Source: Folioceros fuciformis (Eukaryota). From it: a DNA stretch of 33,360 bases. A model generated the notes under the pieces. That model was not told where the DNA came from and did not search any database. It was given only the letters and a program-made list of their open reading frames with translations. Both the position numbers and the translations under genes were made by a program. Where the stretch lies: NCBI GenBank assembly GCA_049999805.1, contig JBNGIO010005431.1, positions 1 to 33,360 of the forward strand. The letters run 5' to 3'. Positions 1 to 10,765 of the stretch are shown in pieces. The first letter of the stretch is position 1, and each line of letters opens with the position of its first letter.

Positions 1-27
1 TGTTAAATATGGATTATTGCTCACAAT

Positions 28-759
28 TGTCCTACATTGTCAAATGACATAGTGGAAGAGGTATTGCTTCGAGAACCAATTAGATTGCAAACTCGCTATC
101 AAACCGTATGCAAGGATTAGCATGTCGTAGCTACATATGCAGGATTCCCTTATCGGAGCTTTCTCCATGCCTTGGAGTCATGTACAACATCACCTCTACT
201 ATGTATCCTTTCGTTTGGGTATAAAAACCATGATGACCAAACACATGATCACCTTAAGTGGAATACATTCCATTTCGAAGATAGGTTATTAATGTTTGAG
301 AAGTTTGTGTCCTCCAATGGACCAATGTATACAGTGGTGGTTAGTCCACGCTTTCACCATAGCGTGGTGCAACTTAACACAAAAAGTGGTTCACAATTTT
401 TATGGAATCTAGAACTTCCTCATGACCTCATGGGAAATGCTAGTGTTTTGTATATAGGTTCATAACCTTTTTGGTAGATTATCGGGGAAGGCTCTTGTTG
501 TGTTGTGATGGTATTTGGATGGTAGATGATGCTAGATGTGGGTGGATTAAAATTGCGGAGAAGTGGCCATTTATTCATTATTCGTGTGCACGTTGTGGGA
601 AACTTGGTGGTTTTCTTTCTAGAAATATTGCATGAGGGTTTATACTCACCCCATGTCATTGCCTGCGACAAGTGTGGGCATTCGTGGCCAAAGCTTCCTA
701 ATAGTATTACACAAGATAATTGGGAGTGTTTCCAACTTATGCCGAATTTGTTTATTTGA
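28..759 (+). pseudogene. F-box (F-box/kelch-like) pseudogene
   Basis: Frame +1 reads CPTLSNDIVEEVLLREPIRLQTRYQTVCKD* (28-120). This matches the F-box consensus LPxDxxEEILxRLPxxxxxRxxxVCKxW, with the final Trp codon changed to TAG. The same frame continues through ORFs 172-465 and 526-759 with several in-frame stops. It ends ...VIACDKCGHSWPKLP...FQLMPNL, resembling the C-terminus of plant F-box/kelch-type proteins. Confidence 0.65.
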
Positions 760-879
760 GATCAAGCCCTCAAAGTGCCCTAACTATTCACTATTAGAAT
801 ACTAAGCCATTTATGAGAGAAAATATGATGTTGGCATCATATCGTATAACTTCTTCATCTTTTTTGTCATATGTTAGTA

Positions 880-2072
880 TGTGTATGATACTTGAGGAGG
901 AGGATAAAACTCTTTTCCTTTTGAACTCGCTGCCTGAAGCTTACGAACAACTGGTTACAACATTGTTGTATGGTGGAGATGGCCTCTATGTTCTAGGAAG
1001 AACTCAGGAGAAGAAGTCTCCTGTCTTGCGAGGAAAAACAAGATCGAAGTCAAGGCCAAGGAAGGAAGCTCTAAAGTGTTTCTATTGCAACAAACCAGCA
1101 CACTTTAAGGAGGATTGTCGGAAGATAATTGGGGATTTGACACGAGAAAAAGACAAAGGTTCAGCTGATGCGAGCTTTGCCGAGACGTCAGAGAAGTTTG
1201 AGGAATTTGCCTTGAATGTCACTTGTCAAGACTCAATCCTTGATAAAGCTTGGCTGTTGGACACGGCATGTGCATGGCACATGTGTGCTAGGAGAGAGTG
1301 GTTTGTGAACTATTGAAAGATAAAGAGTTTTGTTCGGATGGGGAACAACACTTCATGTAAGACAATTGGAATTGGAGATGTTCGCATCAAGATGTACAAT
1401 GGAGCGGTTGTTACATTGACAGAAGTTCGACATGTTCCGGAGCTGCACAAAAACTTGGTGTCCCTCAAACAACTAGACTCAAACGAGTGCACATGGAGTT
1501 GCAAGAAGGGAGTCTTGATTGTGGAGAAAGCAAACAAGATTGTGATGCGAGCGTTGAAGGTCCACAACTTGTTCCGATTGGAGGGTCGAACTATTGAGGA
1601 GAAATCTTCAAGAGTTCTGAAGGATGTTGTCAGCTGTTCAAGCAAGGAGCAGAGTCAACAGGCGAAGCTGTGGCATATGAGACTCGGCCACATGTCTGAG
1701 AGAGGACTGTGAGAACTACAACGGAGAGGACTGCTAAAGGGACTAACTTCCACAAAGTTAGAGTTGTGTGAGCATTGTATGCTTAGGAAATACAAGCGTG
1801 TGATGTTTAAGAGTTCAATAAACCGTGCAAGTGGTATGGACTACATTCACAGTGACGTTTGGGGACCAGCTTTGAAAGCCTCGAAGTCTGGGGCATTCTA
1901 CTTTGTGTCAATCATCGATGATTATTCAAGGAAGACTTGGGTATATAGGTTGAAGGAGAAGTCAGAAGTTTTCCGCACATTTCAGTAATGGAAGACTCAA
2001 GTGGAGAAGGAGATAGGAAAGAAGGTGAAGTACCTTCGTTCTGACAATGGTGGTGAGTGTACTTCAAATGAG
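880..2072 (+). mobile_element. Ty1/copia remnant 1 (late gag, zinc knuckle, protease, GAG-pre-integrase, N-terminal integrase), truncated at both ends
   Basis: Motifs: EEEDKTLFLLNSLPEAYEQLVTTLLYG (gag), CFYCNKPAHFKEDC (CCHC), WLLDTACAWHM (protease), LWHMRLGHMSE...CEHC (HHCC), IHSDVWGP, IIDDYSR and LRSDNGGE (integrase). Several in-frame stops; homology ends abruptly at ~2072. Confidence 0.92.
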
Positions 2073-2175
2073 AGATGATTCACAATGTTTGACTCATCTT
2101 AGGCTATGTGTGGTGGCGAAACCCTAGGCATCAATTGCCAACGGGTTCCACCTTTAGTAACCACACTTATGCCAC

Positions 2176-2468
2176 TGTTGTAGAGACATTGGGTTTCGTT
2201 CCCACGAAGGAGAGATGGGGTTCCTCGCTGCTGTGGATGGAGGGTCGAACTCAATCAACTCAATGACGGATTCGAGGTCTCCGCTCCAGCTCCAATCAGG
2301 CGTGGGACAGTCCACAAACCTAACCTGATGAGGGATGTAATGATTACGTCCAATCAGGGACAGTCCACAAACCTAACCTGATGAGGGACGTAATGATTAC
2401 GTCCGATCAGGGATAGTCCACAAACCTAACTTGATGAAACAAGATAATCTCTAAATTCAGAAACAACA
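2176..2468 (-). mobile_element. Possible LTR fragment of another retroelement with an adjacent degenerate PBS
   Basis: The segment is bounded by TGTTG (2176) and CAACA (2464-2468). On the minus strand it is followed by GTGGCATAAGTGTGG, loosely like a TGG(T/C)ATCAGAGC iMet PBS, and it contains 53-bp tandem repeats. No partner LTR and no obvious TATA box. Confidence 0.3.
2304..2436. repeat. 53-bp tandem repeat, ~2.5 copies
   Basis: The unit GGGACAGTCCACAAACCTAACCTGATGAGGGACGTAATGATTACGTCCAATCA starts at 2304, 2357 and 2410. Confidence 0.9.
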
Positions 2469-3044
2469 TTAACCGCCACTGACCTAATCATCTCAGGCGC
2501 TGGCAGGCTCCTGAATCTTCAAAAACAGGCCATACGGCAGTAGAGGGCGCCCTTCACTTGTCACAAATTCATTTCGCAACTATGACAACGGACAAATGTT
2601 TTTGTCAATTGGGGGCCCATCCAAGATTTCTGAATCAAGGTATACTCCTTTCCACCCACGACGTAATTTCCCTTAATCTTAAGGGAGTTGGTGATTAGTC
2701 CCACATCATGGAGGCAGCTGGTTAAGATGCCGAACCCATGATTGTGGTGTGGTGATCAGTCCCACATCNNNNNNNNNNTTGTGGTGTGGTGATCAGTCCC
2801 ACATCATGGAGGCAGTTGGTCACATCAAGTTAAGACACCCTAGTTCGCGGCTAGGGCACAGCCGCGAGCTAGGGCATCGATTAGGGTGCAGCCGCCGGAT
2901 AGGGCGCCGGTTAGGGCGCCAACGGGGTGCCACCTACGCGCCAGCGAGGCGCCACTCGAGCGACACCTGGACGATAGTCGTTCATCAGCGGGGCACGAGC
3001 AAGGCAAGGATCTGGCTGGGTGCCGAGCGCGCTAGACAGACGTC

Positions 3045-6000
3045 ATGTTCAATATCAAGAAGTTAGATGGTACTAACTTCCCGTTCTGGAAAGAACAAGT
3101 GTATAATGTTCTAGTGCAGAAGAAGCAAATCAAGCCCATCAAGTTACTAGGAGTGAAACCTGTTAGCATGACTTATGATGAGTGGCAAGATCTAGATGAG
3201 CTTGGTAGGTCCACCATCAGGCTAACATTGTCGAAGTCGGTCTACTTCAACGTGAAAGACAAGACCACAAGTTACGAGCTATGGCAGAAGTTGTGTGACC
3301 TACCTATATAAGAAACAAAGTGCGGCTTCTCAGGTGCACTGGTTGAAACAGCTGGTGGACTTGAAGATGAAGGAAGGGAAGAGGATGTCCGATCATTTGA
3401 ACAAGTTCAATACCATTTTCAGCCAGCTCTCATGTCAAGGTATCTTGTTCCCAGATTCCATGAGAGCTATGTTTCTGTTGGTTACATTACCATAGAGCTG
3501 GGACACCTTTCGTACAGCTCTGAGTAATTCCGCTCCTACTAGTGGTCTTACCATTGTAAATGTAGAAGGTAGCCTGTTAACAGAGGAGGTGGTTTAGGGT
3601 GGATCGAAGTGTGGCACTTTGTACTCACTTTAGATAACCACTGTCAAGGATCATGTGATTTGTGTAACAGAACAGCCAAGTGTTTTCTTATGGCATAGTC
3701 GGTTAGAACATATGTCTCAAAAAGGAATGAAGATCCCATCTCGTTTTGGTTACGTTCTTGCTTTTGACTTCTCCGATTTCTCCATGTGTTAGCATTGTTT
3801 GTATGGGAAACATACAAAGTCACCACATGGAGCAAGAGGTAAACACAAAAGTAAACCTCTTGAATTGGTTCACAGTGATGTTTGTGGACCTATGCCCACT
3901 GTATCATTAGGCGGTGCATCCTATTTTGTCACTTTCATTGATGACTTCTCACGCAAGGTGTGGGTTTATCCTTTGAGGAAAAAGAATGATGTTCTAACAT
4001 TGTTTCAGAAATTCGTTACCCTTATGGAAAATCAGTCTAGCCTCCAACTGAAGTGTTGAAGGACAGACAATGGGGGAGAGTATGTCTCGAAGGCTTTCCA
4101 GTCATTCTGTGATTATAAGGGAATCAAGAGAGAATTGACTGCGCCTTATACTCCTCCTCAGAATGGTGTGGCTGAACGGATGAACAGGCCCATCCAGGAG
4201 AGGATGTGTAGTTTGTTGTCAAACTCTGGATTGCCTAATGGATTTTGGGCAGAAGCAGTGGCTACTGCGGTGCATCTTATTAACAGATCTCCTAATAAGG
4301 CTGTGGATGAACAGGTTCAAGAGGAGATGTGGTCTGGAAAGAAGCCGTCATACAAGCATCTACGAGTGTTTGACGGCGAGGCGTACTACCATGTTCCGAA
4401 GGAATTTCGGGACAAGTTGACTCCCAAGTCCAAGAAATGTATTTTTCTTGGCTATGGTGAATCTGGTGAGATGGGATACCGTATGTGGGATCCAGAGGCC
4501 AAGATGATGGTTCGCAGCAATGACGTGTTCTTCAATGAGACCAAGATGCACAAGAAGCCTACTCCAACTGTGGAAGTGCAACGGGTGGTCTTTCAAGAAG
4601 ATGGATTTGACCGTCCCGCACAGGTTGAACATCATGATGTGCAGGAACAAGTATCTCCACTTGTATAAGAGGAGAGGGTGCAACCAGCTTCGGTCGAGGC
4701 GCTAGTGCTTCGTAGGTCAGGAAGGATCTCACGTCCTCTTGACAGGTATGTTGCATCTCTTGATTATGTTATGTTGACGGATTCTGGGGAGCCCTCTTGT
4801 TACCAAGAGGCCATGTCAGTGACTAACAAGGACAAGTGGGAGAAGGCGATGCAGTCACAGATGGATTCGCTCCACAAGAACCAAACTTGGGAGTTGGTTC
4901 GGTTGCCTAGGGGCAAGAAGGCGTTGCCATGCAAATGGGTGTATAAGATGAAGGACATGCCCCATTATGGCAAACCTAAGTACAAGGCACGATTGGTTGC
5001 TAAGGGTTTTAAGCAACAGCAAGGTATTGACTTTGATGAGATTTTCTCGCCAGTTGTCAAAATGACCACCTTGCAATGTGTTCTTGGTCTGGTTGCGAGG
5101 CACGACATGGAACTTGTCCAGATGGATGTGAAGTGGGCATTTTTGCATGGTGATCTCCAGGAAGAGGTATACATGCAGCAACCAAAGGGTTTCATTGAGA
5201 AGGGCAAAGAAAAGCCTTTATGGTGTGTAGGTTAAAGAAAAGCCTTTATGGTTTGAAGCAGGCACCCAGGAAGTGGTATTTCAAGTTCCACTCATTTATG
5301 CTTTCTCAAGGCTACAAATGTAGCGATGAGGATCATTGCCTCTATATGAAGCAAGCTAAGGATGGAAGCTTGCTCATTCTGGTCCTCTATGTGGATGATG
5401 TGCTAATTGTTGGGACTAACAGTGATGAGATTTCAGCATTGAAGTCAAAGTTGAATGGTCGCTTTGACATGACAGACTTGGGAGAGGCAAGCCATATTAT
5501 TGGCATGCGTATTCGTCGAGACAGACAGAAGCATTTGCTTTACTTGTCTCAGACTAAATACATTAACAAGGTGCTTCAACGTTTCAATATGGAGAAGGGG
5601 AAGGTATTGAGTACTCCGATGCCTCCATATGTGAAACTTTCGAGCAAGGATTGCCCAAGTTCTGCGGAGGATAAAGCTGAAATGGAGAAGGTTCCATACT
5701 CATCAGATGTGGGGAGTTTGATGTATGCAATGATTGTTACGCGTCCTGACATTACGTTTGTAGTGGGAGTGGTTAGCAGGTTTATGTCAAACCCTGGCAG
5801 GAAGCATTGGGAGGCAGTGATAGGAGTTATGAGGTACTTGAATGGTACAAAAGCTTTGTGCATATGTTTTGGTAGTGAAGATGCATCTGTCGTGGGATAT
5901 ACGGATGCTGATTATGCAGGGGATATGGACAAAAGGAGGTCCACATCAGGTTATGTCTTCATGTGCACTGGATGGGCAGTCTCATGGTGATCGCGTTAGC

Positions 6001-6341
6001 AATTGTGCATAATGCTATCTTCCACAGAGTATGTTGCAGCGACTAAGGCATGCAAGGAAGCCATGTGGCTTGCTCGTATAGTGGGAGATTAGGAGATCAA
6101 GGTTGAGCTGCCAGTGTTGCATTATGATAGCCAGAGTGCTATCCAATTGGCGAAGAATCTAGTATTTCATGCGAAGACCAAACATGTGGAAGTCAAGTAT
6201 CACTTCATTCGAGAGGTGTTGGAAGACAAGAGGGTACAGCTTGTCAAAGTTCACACCAGTCAGAACCTTGTAGATGTTCTTACCAAGAGGCTCTCTACAG
6301 AGCAATTCGCACAAGCTCGAACACTCATGGGCATGAGGTAG
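3045..6341 (+). mobile_element. Ty1/copia element 2 internal region (gag-IN-RT-RNase H), degenerate, zinc knuckle and protease deleted
   Basis: Gag start KKLDGTNFPFWKEQ; integrase LWHSRLEHMS, VHSDVCGP, FIDDFSR, TPPQNGVAERMNR; RT KARLVAKGF, QMDVK, LYGLKQAPR, LYVDD; RNase H YTDADYAGD...TKHVEVKYHFIRE...DVLTK. Domain order IN-RT-RH is copia-type. Stops or frameshifts at ~3300, 3493, 4057, 4666, ~5220 and 5988. Confidence 0.97.
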
Positions 6342-6372
6342 ACTACTCTCCTATGAAAATAAATTGGCCTTT

Positions 6373-6673
6373 AAGTGGGAGGTTGTAGGGTTATTAAAGC
6401 CCAATGAACTTAGACTAATGTGTTTAGTCTAAGATTAGTGTCTAGTTAAGTACCATTAATTTAGATTAGCTTAAGCTTATCTATAGGAAGCTTCTTGCAC
6501 AGCTTCCTGTGTGCTTCTTGTGAAGCTTCCTAGGGAGCCCTTCTAGAGGGTATAAATACCCCCTTGAGCTCCCTTGTTGAGAGACCTTTTGTGAGAGTGT
6601 GACCTCTCTTTCTCCTCTCCTCCTTGCCTCCTCTTCTCCTCTCCTTCACCATGCTCCTCTAGCGATTGTTCAC
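6373..6673 (+). mobile_element. Polypurine tract and 3' LTR of copia 2 (right boundary uncertain)
   Basis: PPT AAGTGGGAGG (6373-6382) is followed by TGTAGGG at 6384. TATAAATA lies at 6551-6558, then a CT-rich stretch. No copy of this LTR is found upstream of gag. Confidence 0.75.
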
Positions 6674-6868
6674 ATCCAGTCTGGGCTGCGGGAGGAGCCT
6701 GCACGGAGCTGTGGCACGGCATGGCCTGCACGGAGGCCACTTGGAGGTGCCTGCAGCATCCAGTCGACCTGCAGAACCTGCATAAGCCTATAGGAGCCAG
6801 ATCCGCGGCGGCGGCCTGCACGGAGATGAGGCGCGGCCTGTACGAAGGCAAGGCACGGCCAACAACGA

Positions 6869-7260
6869 AGGCGAGGCGCGGCTTGCATGGAGGAGAGGCG
6901 AGGCGCGGCTTGCATGGAGGAGAGGCGAGGCGCGNNNNNNNNNNTGGAGGAGAGGCGAGGCGCGGCTTGCATGGAGGAGAGGCGAGGCGCGACCAACAAC
7001 ATAGGCGAGGCACGGCCTGCAATGGCAGATCCGCGGGGGCTTGCATCAGGCAGAGGGTCTAGAGGCGAGGCGAGGCTCGACTTGCATCAGGCAGAGAATC
7101 CAGAGGCGAGGCGAGGCACGGCCTGCATTCGGCAGAGAATCCAGAGGCGAGGCGAGGCACGGCCTGCATCAGGCGGAGGATCTAGAGGCGAGACGAGGAG
7201 CGAGGAGCAAGGAACAAGGAGCGAGGAGCAAGGAGCGAGGAGTAAGGAGCAAGAGGGACA
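6869..7260. repeat. GC-rich compound minisatellite (27-bp units, 41-bp units, then GAGGAGCAAG-like units)
   Basis: GGCGAGGCGCGGCTTGCATGGAGGAGA (27 bp) repeats over 6870-6990, with a 10-N gap. TGCATCAGGCAGAGAATCCAGAGGCGAGGCGAGGCACGGCC-like 41-bp units start at 7042, 7083, 7124 and 7165. Confidence 0.9.
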
Positions 7261-7892
7261 AGAAGGGAGAAGGCAAGAAAAAGAGCACCATGAGAGCACG
7301 AGGGAGGGAGCGCGTGAGAGCGGGTGGAGCGAATGGAGAGGGTGCAGTATAGTACAGTAAGTATGTACGTATTTATGTATATAGGAGTGTATGAAGTAAA
7401 ACATTATTCTTTTGTATTTTCTTTTTAACTTGGTTTAGAATTTATTATTTTATGTATCATTTTTCATTATTTTTTCTTATTTTTTATGATGGTCTTAAGC
7501 CGGATATCCTATAACTATCTATTTTTGTAGTTTTTTTTTACACTTTAATGTGGCTTGCAAAGGAGCATGTTACCATATTCAAATTGTAATAGGTTTTGGT
7601 AACTCTTGTATTTATTGTTGAAGGCTTTTGATCTAACATGCATTCTCCATCCAGATACATTATGCCTGTTAACATTAAATGCGCTAGGACATTGTCACAT
7701 AAAAAAGGCTTCTAAAATCACATATTTTGACGTATGTTTTTATATTAGAGTTGGGATACTTTGTATTTCATTATTTTTAGTACTCAATTATTAAATTGAA
7801 TCTTTGTAACTTTTGCTTTTCTTAGGGTGAATTCAATATGCCGTGAGAATCAAGTAGTAAGAAGAAATTATCTTTGACGATGGGGCAAATGA

Positions 7893-7988
7893 AGTGGAGC
7901 TACTAATCGAGAGGTTGATGCTCATAGTGGAGCTAATAATCGAGAGGTTAATGCTCATAGTGGAGCTAATAATCGAGAGGTTAATGCT
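7893..7988. repeat. 33-bp tandem repeat (~3 copies) inside the transposase 5' coding region
   Basis: AGTGGAGCTA(A/C)TAATCGAGAGGTT(A/G)ATGCTCAT starts at 7893, 7926 and 7959 (11 codons, SGANNREVNAH). Confidence 0.9.
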
Positions 7989-8369
7989 TGGGCTTCTCAT
8001 CAATTCAGCATGCTAGTTTCTGTTATGACCATTGGTCGAATTTTCAAGAAGGAAGATAAGTTTCGAAACATAAAGGATCATGAAGCTAACTCTAAACGGA
8101 GTAAGGATACATTTCATCCCAAGGTTGAGGAGGCTTTGTTTTCATGGTTTGTGACGATGGAAGGAAATGTCACTATCTATAACAATATGTTGTGTGAAAT
8201 GAGAAAACAATTCTTTGATAGATTACCATAAGCAGAAAGGTTGGAAAAACCACTAACATTTTCTCATGGTTGGGTCACAAAGTTTAAATATCGACATGGC
8301 ATCAAAGGTTTTGTGAAGCATGGAGAAGCTGCAAGTGCTGATACCATGAAAAATTTGTGATGATAACAT

Positions 8370-8532
8370 TGACGATTGGCAAAAGCAAACAGTAACTGCA
8401 GAGTCTTGTTCTGGTGTTCAAGTAGGTATGATGAAGGGATGCAAGTGAAACGATGTGCCTGTTGGTTCTTTGAGTGACAAAACTGTTTAAAGACTGAAAC
8501 GTGCCTTAATCTTAAGTGCATTCATCCCGTCA
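8370..8532 (-). mobile_element. 163-bp 3' LTR of copia 3
   Basis: Bounded by the perfect 5-bp inverted repeat TGACG (8370) ... CGTCA (8528-8532), directly abutting the PPT. Pogo homology stops just left of 8370. Confidence 0.8.
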
Positions 8533-10765
8533 CTCCCACTCGCATGCAAAGACCTCGCATTTGGAATCTAAAACCGAAAACCTGAACAACCTCTCGGAGA
8601 GATGGCTGGCAATGCACGGTCAGGGCGCAAGAGGAAGCGCTCTGTAGAGAGCCGCGCTGAGACGAGCAACAACGGGCAAAATCGAATACGGCGGGGTTTC
8701 GGCCTTGCTTCTGCTCCAAGATGGTTGCTGAACTTGGGCAATCTTCTAGAGCCTGTTCTCGAGTCCATGGCGCTTGAGTATAGAGAATCCAGAAGACAGA
8801 ACGGTTGCGAGCCTGACAGTTCCAGATAGCTATTCCTAGACGTAGGGAAATACTCCCATCCCCTCAGCGTGCTTGTAGTGTGGGTATTTCGCCAGTGGTT
8901 TTGTTAAGACATCCGCGATGTTCTGATCCGTAGAAACATAAACCAAATGAGCTTTGTCACCTGATACCACTTCGCGGATGAAGTGATGTTTTAGTTCGAT
9001 GTGCTTCGTTCGTCCATGAAATTTAGGATTAGCCACCATGTCCATTGCAGCTTGGCTGTCAGTATTCAGTTGTGTAGCACTGTTCTGTGGGTAGTCAATA
9101 CTTGCTAGGAGGCTGCGTCCCCACAATAGGTCCTTTGCCGCCATTGATAAGGCACTATACTCACTCTCAGCAGTCGAAGTGCATATGGAAGGAATTTTCT
9201 TGTAGGACCAGTTGACGGCACCGCCACTAAGCAGGAATACGTAGGCTGCTATGCTTCTTCTGTCATCAGGGTTTCGGCCCCAATCTGCATCTGTATATCC
9301 TACCAGGGTTAGAGGTATCTTCACTTGTCTTTTGTAGTGTATTCCTAGGCGAGGTGCACCCTTCAAGTATCGGTATATGCGCTTGACGGCCACCCAATGG
9401 GCCTTCCCTGGGTTGTGTAGGAATTGACTAACTTGACTGACTGAAAACTGGATTTTAGGTCTTGACCAGTTGGCCACATAGATCAGGGAGCCAACTGCTT
9501 GCCTGTATGGCACTTTGGCCATGTCTGCCTTGTCTTGGTCTGACTGTGGACAATCGGTAACTGACAGTGGCGAATTTGTAATCATTGGTGTATCAACAGG
9601 TCGAGCATCATCAAGTTTCATTCTTTTTAGTATATCGCCGATGTACTTCTCTTGATGTATCCAAAGCTCATGATGCTATAAGTGTCTTTCAACTTGTACA
9701 CCTAGTACGTATTTAAGTTCCCCTACGTCCTTCATGTCAAATTCCTTCCTTAGAATATTCTTGACCTTCTCCAATGCAGATTGTGTGCTACTTGCAAGAA
9801 TACAGTCATCCACGTAAAGACACAATAGCACATAGCCCTCACTTGTGTGAAGTTTATACTCATTCGAGTCTGAGTGGCTTTGAACAAAGCCAGAAGAGAG
9901 AAGATAAGCATTAATCCTGGTGTACCAGGCCTTTGGACTTTGTTTAAGTCCGTATATTGTTTTAAGAAGCCTGCATACCTTGTTAGGGTATTTTGGATCC
10001 ACATACATGTCAGGTTGGAACATATAGATAGTCTCGTCAAGCTCCCCATATAAAAATGCTGTACTAACGTCCATCTGATGTAGGATCAGGTCATTTTGAG
10101 CAGCTATGGCTAGGACAAACCTGATGGATTCAGGCCTAACCACTGGAGCATAAAGGTCTGGATCGTAGTCTATCCATGGCTTTTGACTAAAGCCTCGTGC
10201 CACAAGGCGGGCTTCATACCGTGAAAGTGTTCCATCGGCATTGAACTTCTTCCTTAGCACCCACTTGCAAGAGACAACTGAGCAGCCATGAGGTAAGTCT
10301 TCCAGTTGCCATGTCTTGTTTTGAATCAGGGATTTCCATTCGGAGTCTATAGCATCCTTCCATCCCTGTTTTTCTGGTCCAGATAGAGCAATGTCCACAG
10401 GGACGATATGCTTAGAGGCTTGAACACGAGAAAGTAGAGCGCGGTGTATCTCACTTTGATGCGCAGGAGACAGCTCAAAAACGGTATTGCTGGAAGGTAG
10501 AAATTTAGCAATGTTCTGCAACATGTGCATCTCCATGGAAAGAGCTTGTCCTGATATGTTATCATCTTTTGTGACAGGAGCAGAGGGAGCATCATCAGGA
10601 TTCAGAGGAGGTAGCTCGACTGGAATGCTGGCATGATGTTCTCCTCCATGTCCTCCCACTGCCTCGAATAGGGTGGAAATCAGTACCGTGAAATCTGGCT
10701 AGTGGACGAAGTGTGCGTTGAGGTCGAAGCTCACGGGTAGTAACAGGAGGAGGACAAGAAATGGA
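8370..10765 (-). mobile_element. Ty1/copia element 3 (RT-RNase H, PPT and 3' LTR), 5' half missing, nested in the pogo element
   Basis: ORFs 9676-10659 and 8836-9621 are in the same frame, separated by one stop. Motifs: EARLVARGF, QMDVSTAFLYG, IYGLKQSP, LYVDD, YTDADWG, TKHIELKHHFIRE, ADVLTKPL. PPT GAGTGGGAG on the minus strand at 8533-8541. Confidence 0.95.

Noticed and set aside
2742..2810. Duplicated TTGTGGTGTGGTGATCAGTCCCACATC
   Set aside because: The copies directly flank a 10-N gap; probably an assembly artefact or unresolved repeat.
6543..7404. Repetitive ORFs in all frames (RLASPPCKP, EERRGAACM and similar)
   Set aside because: They are translations of a GC-rich minisatellite, open in several frames on both strands, with no coding signal.
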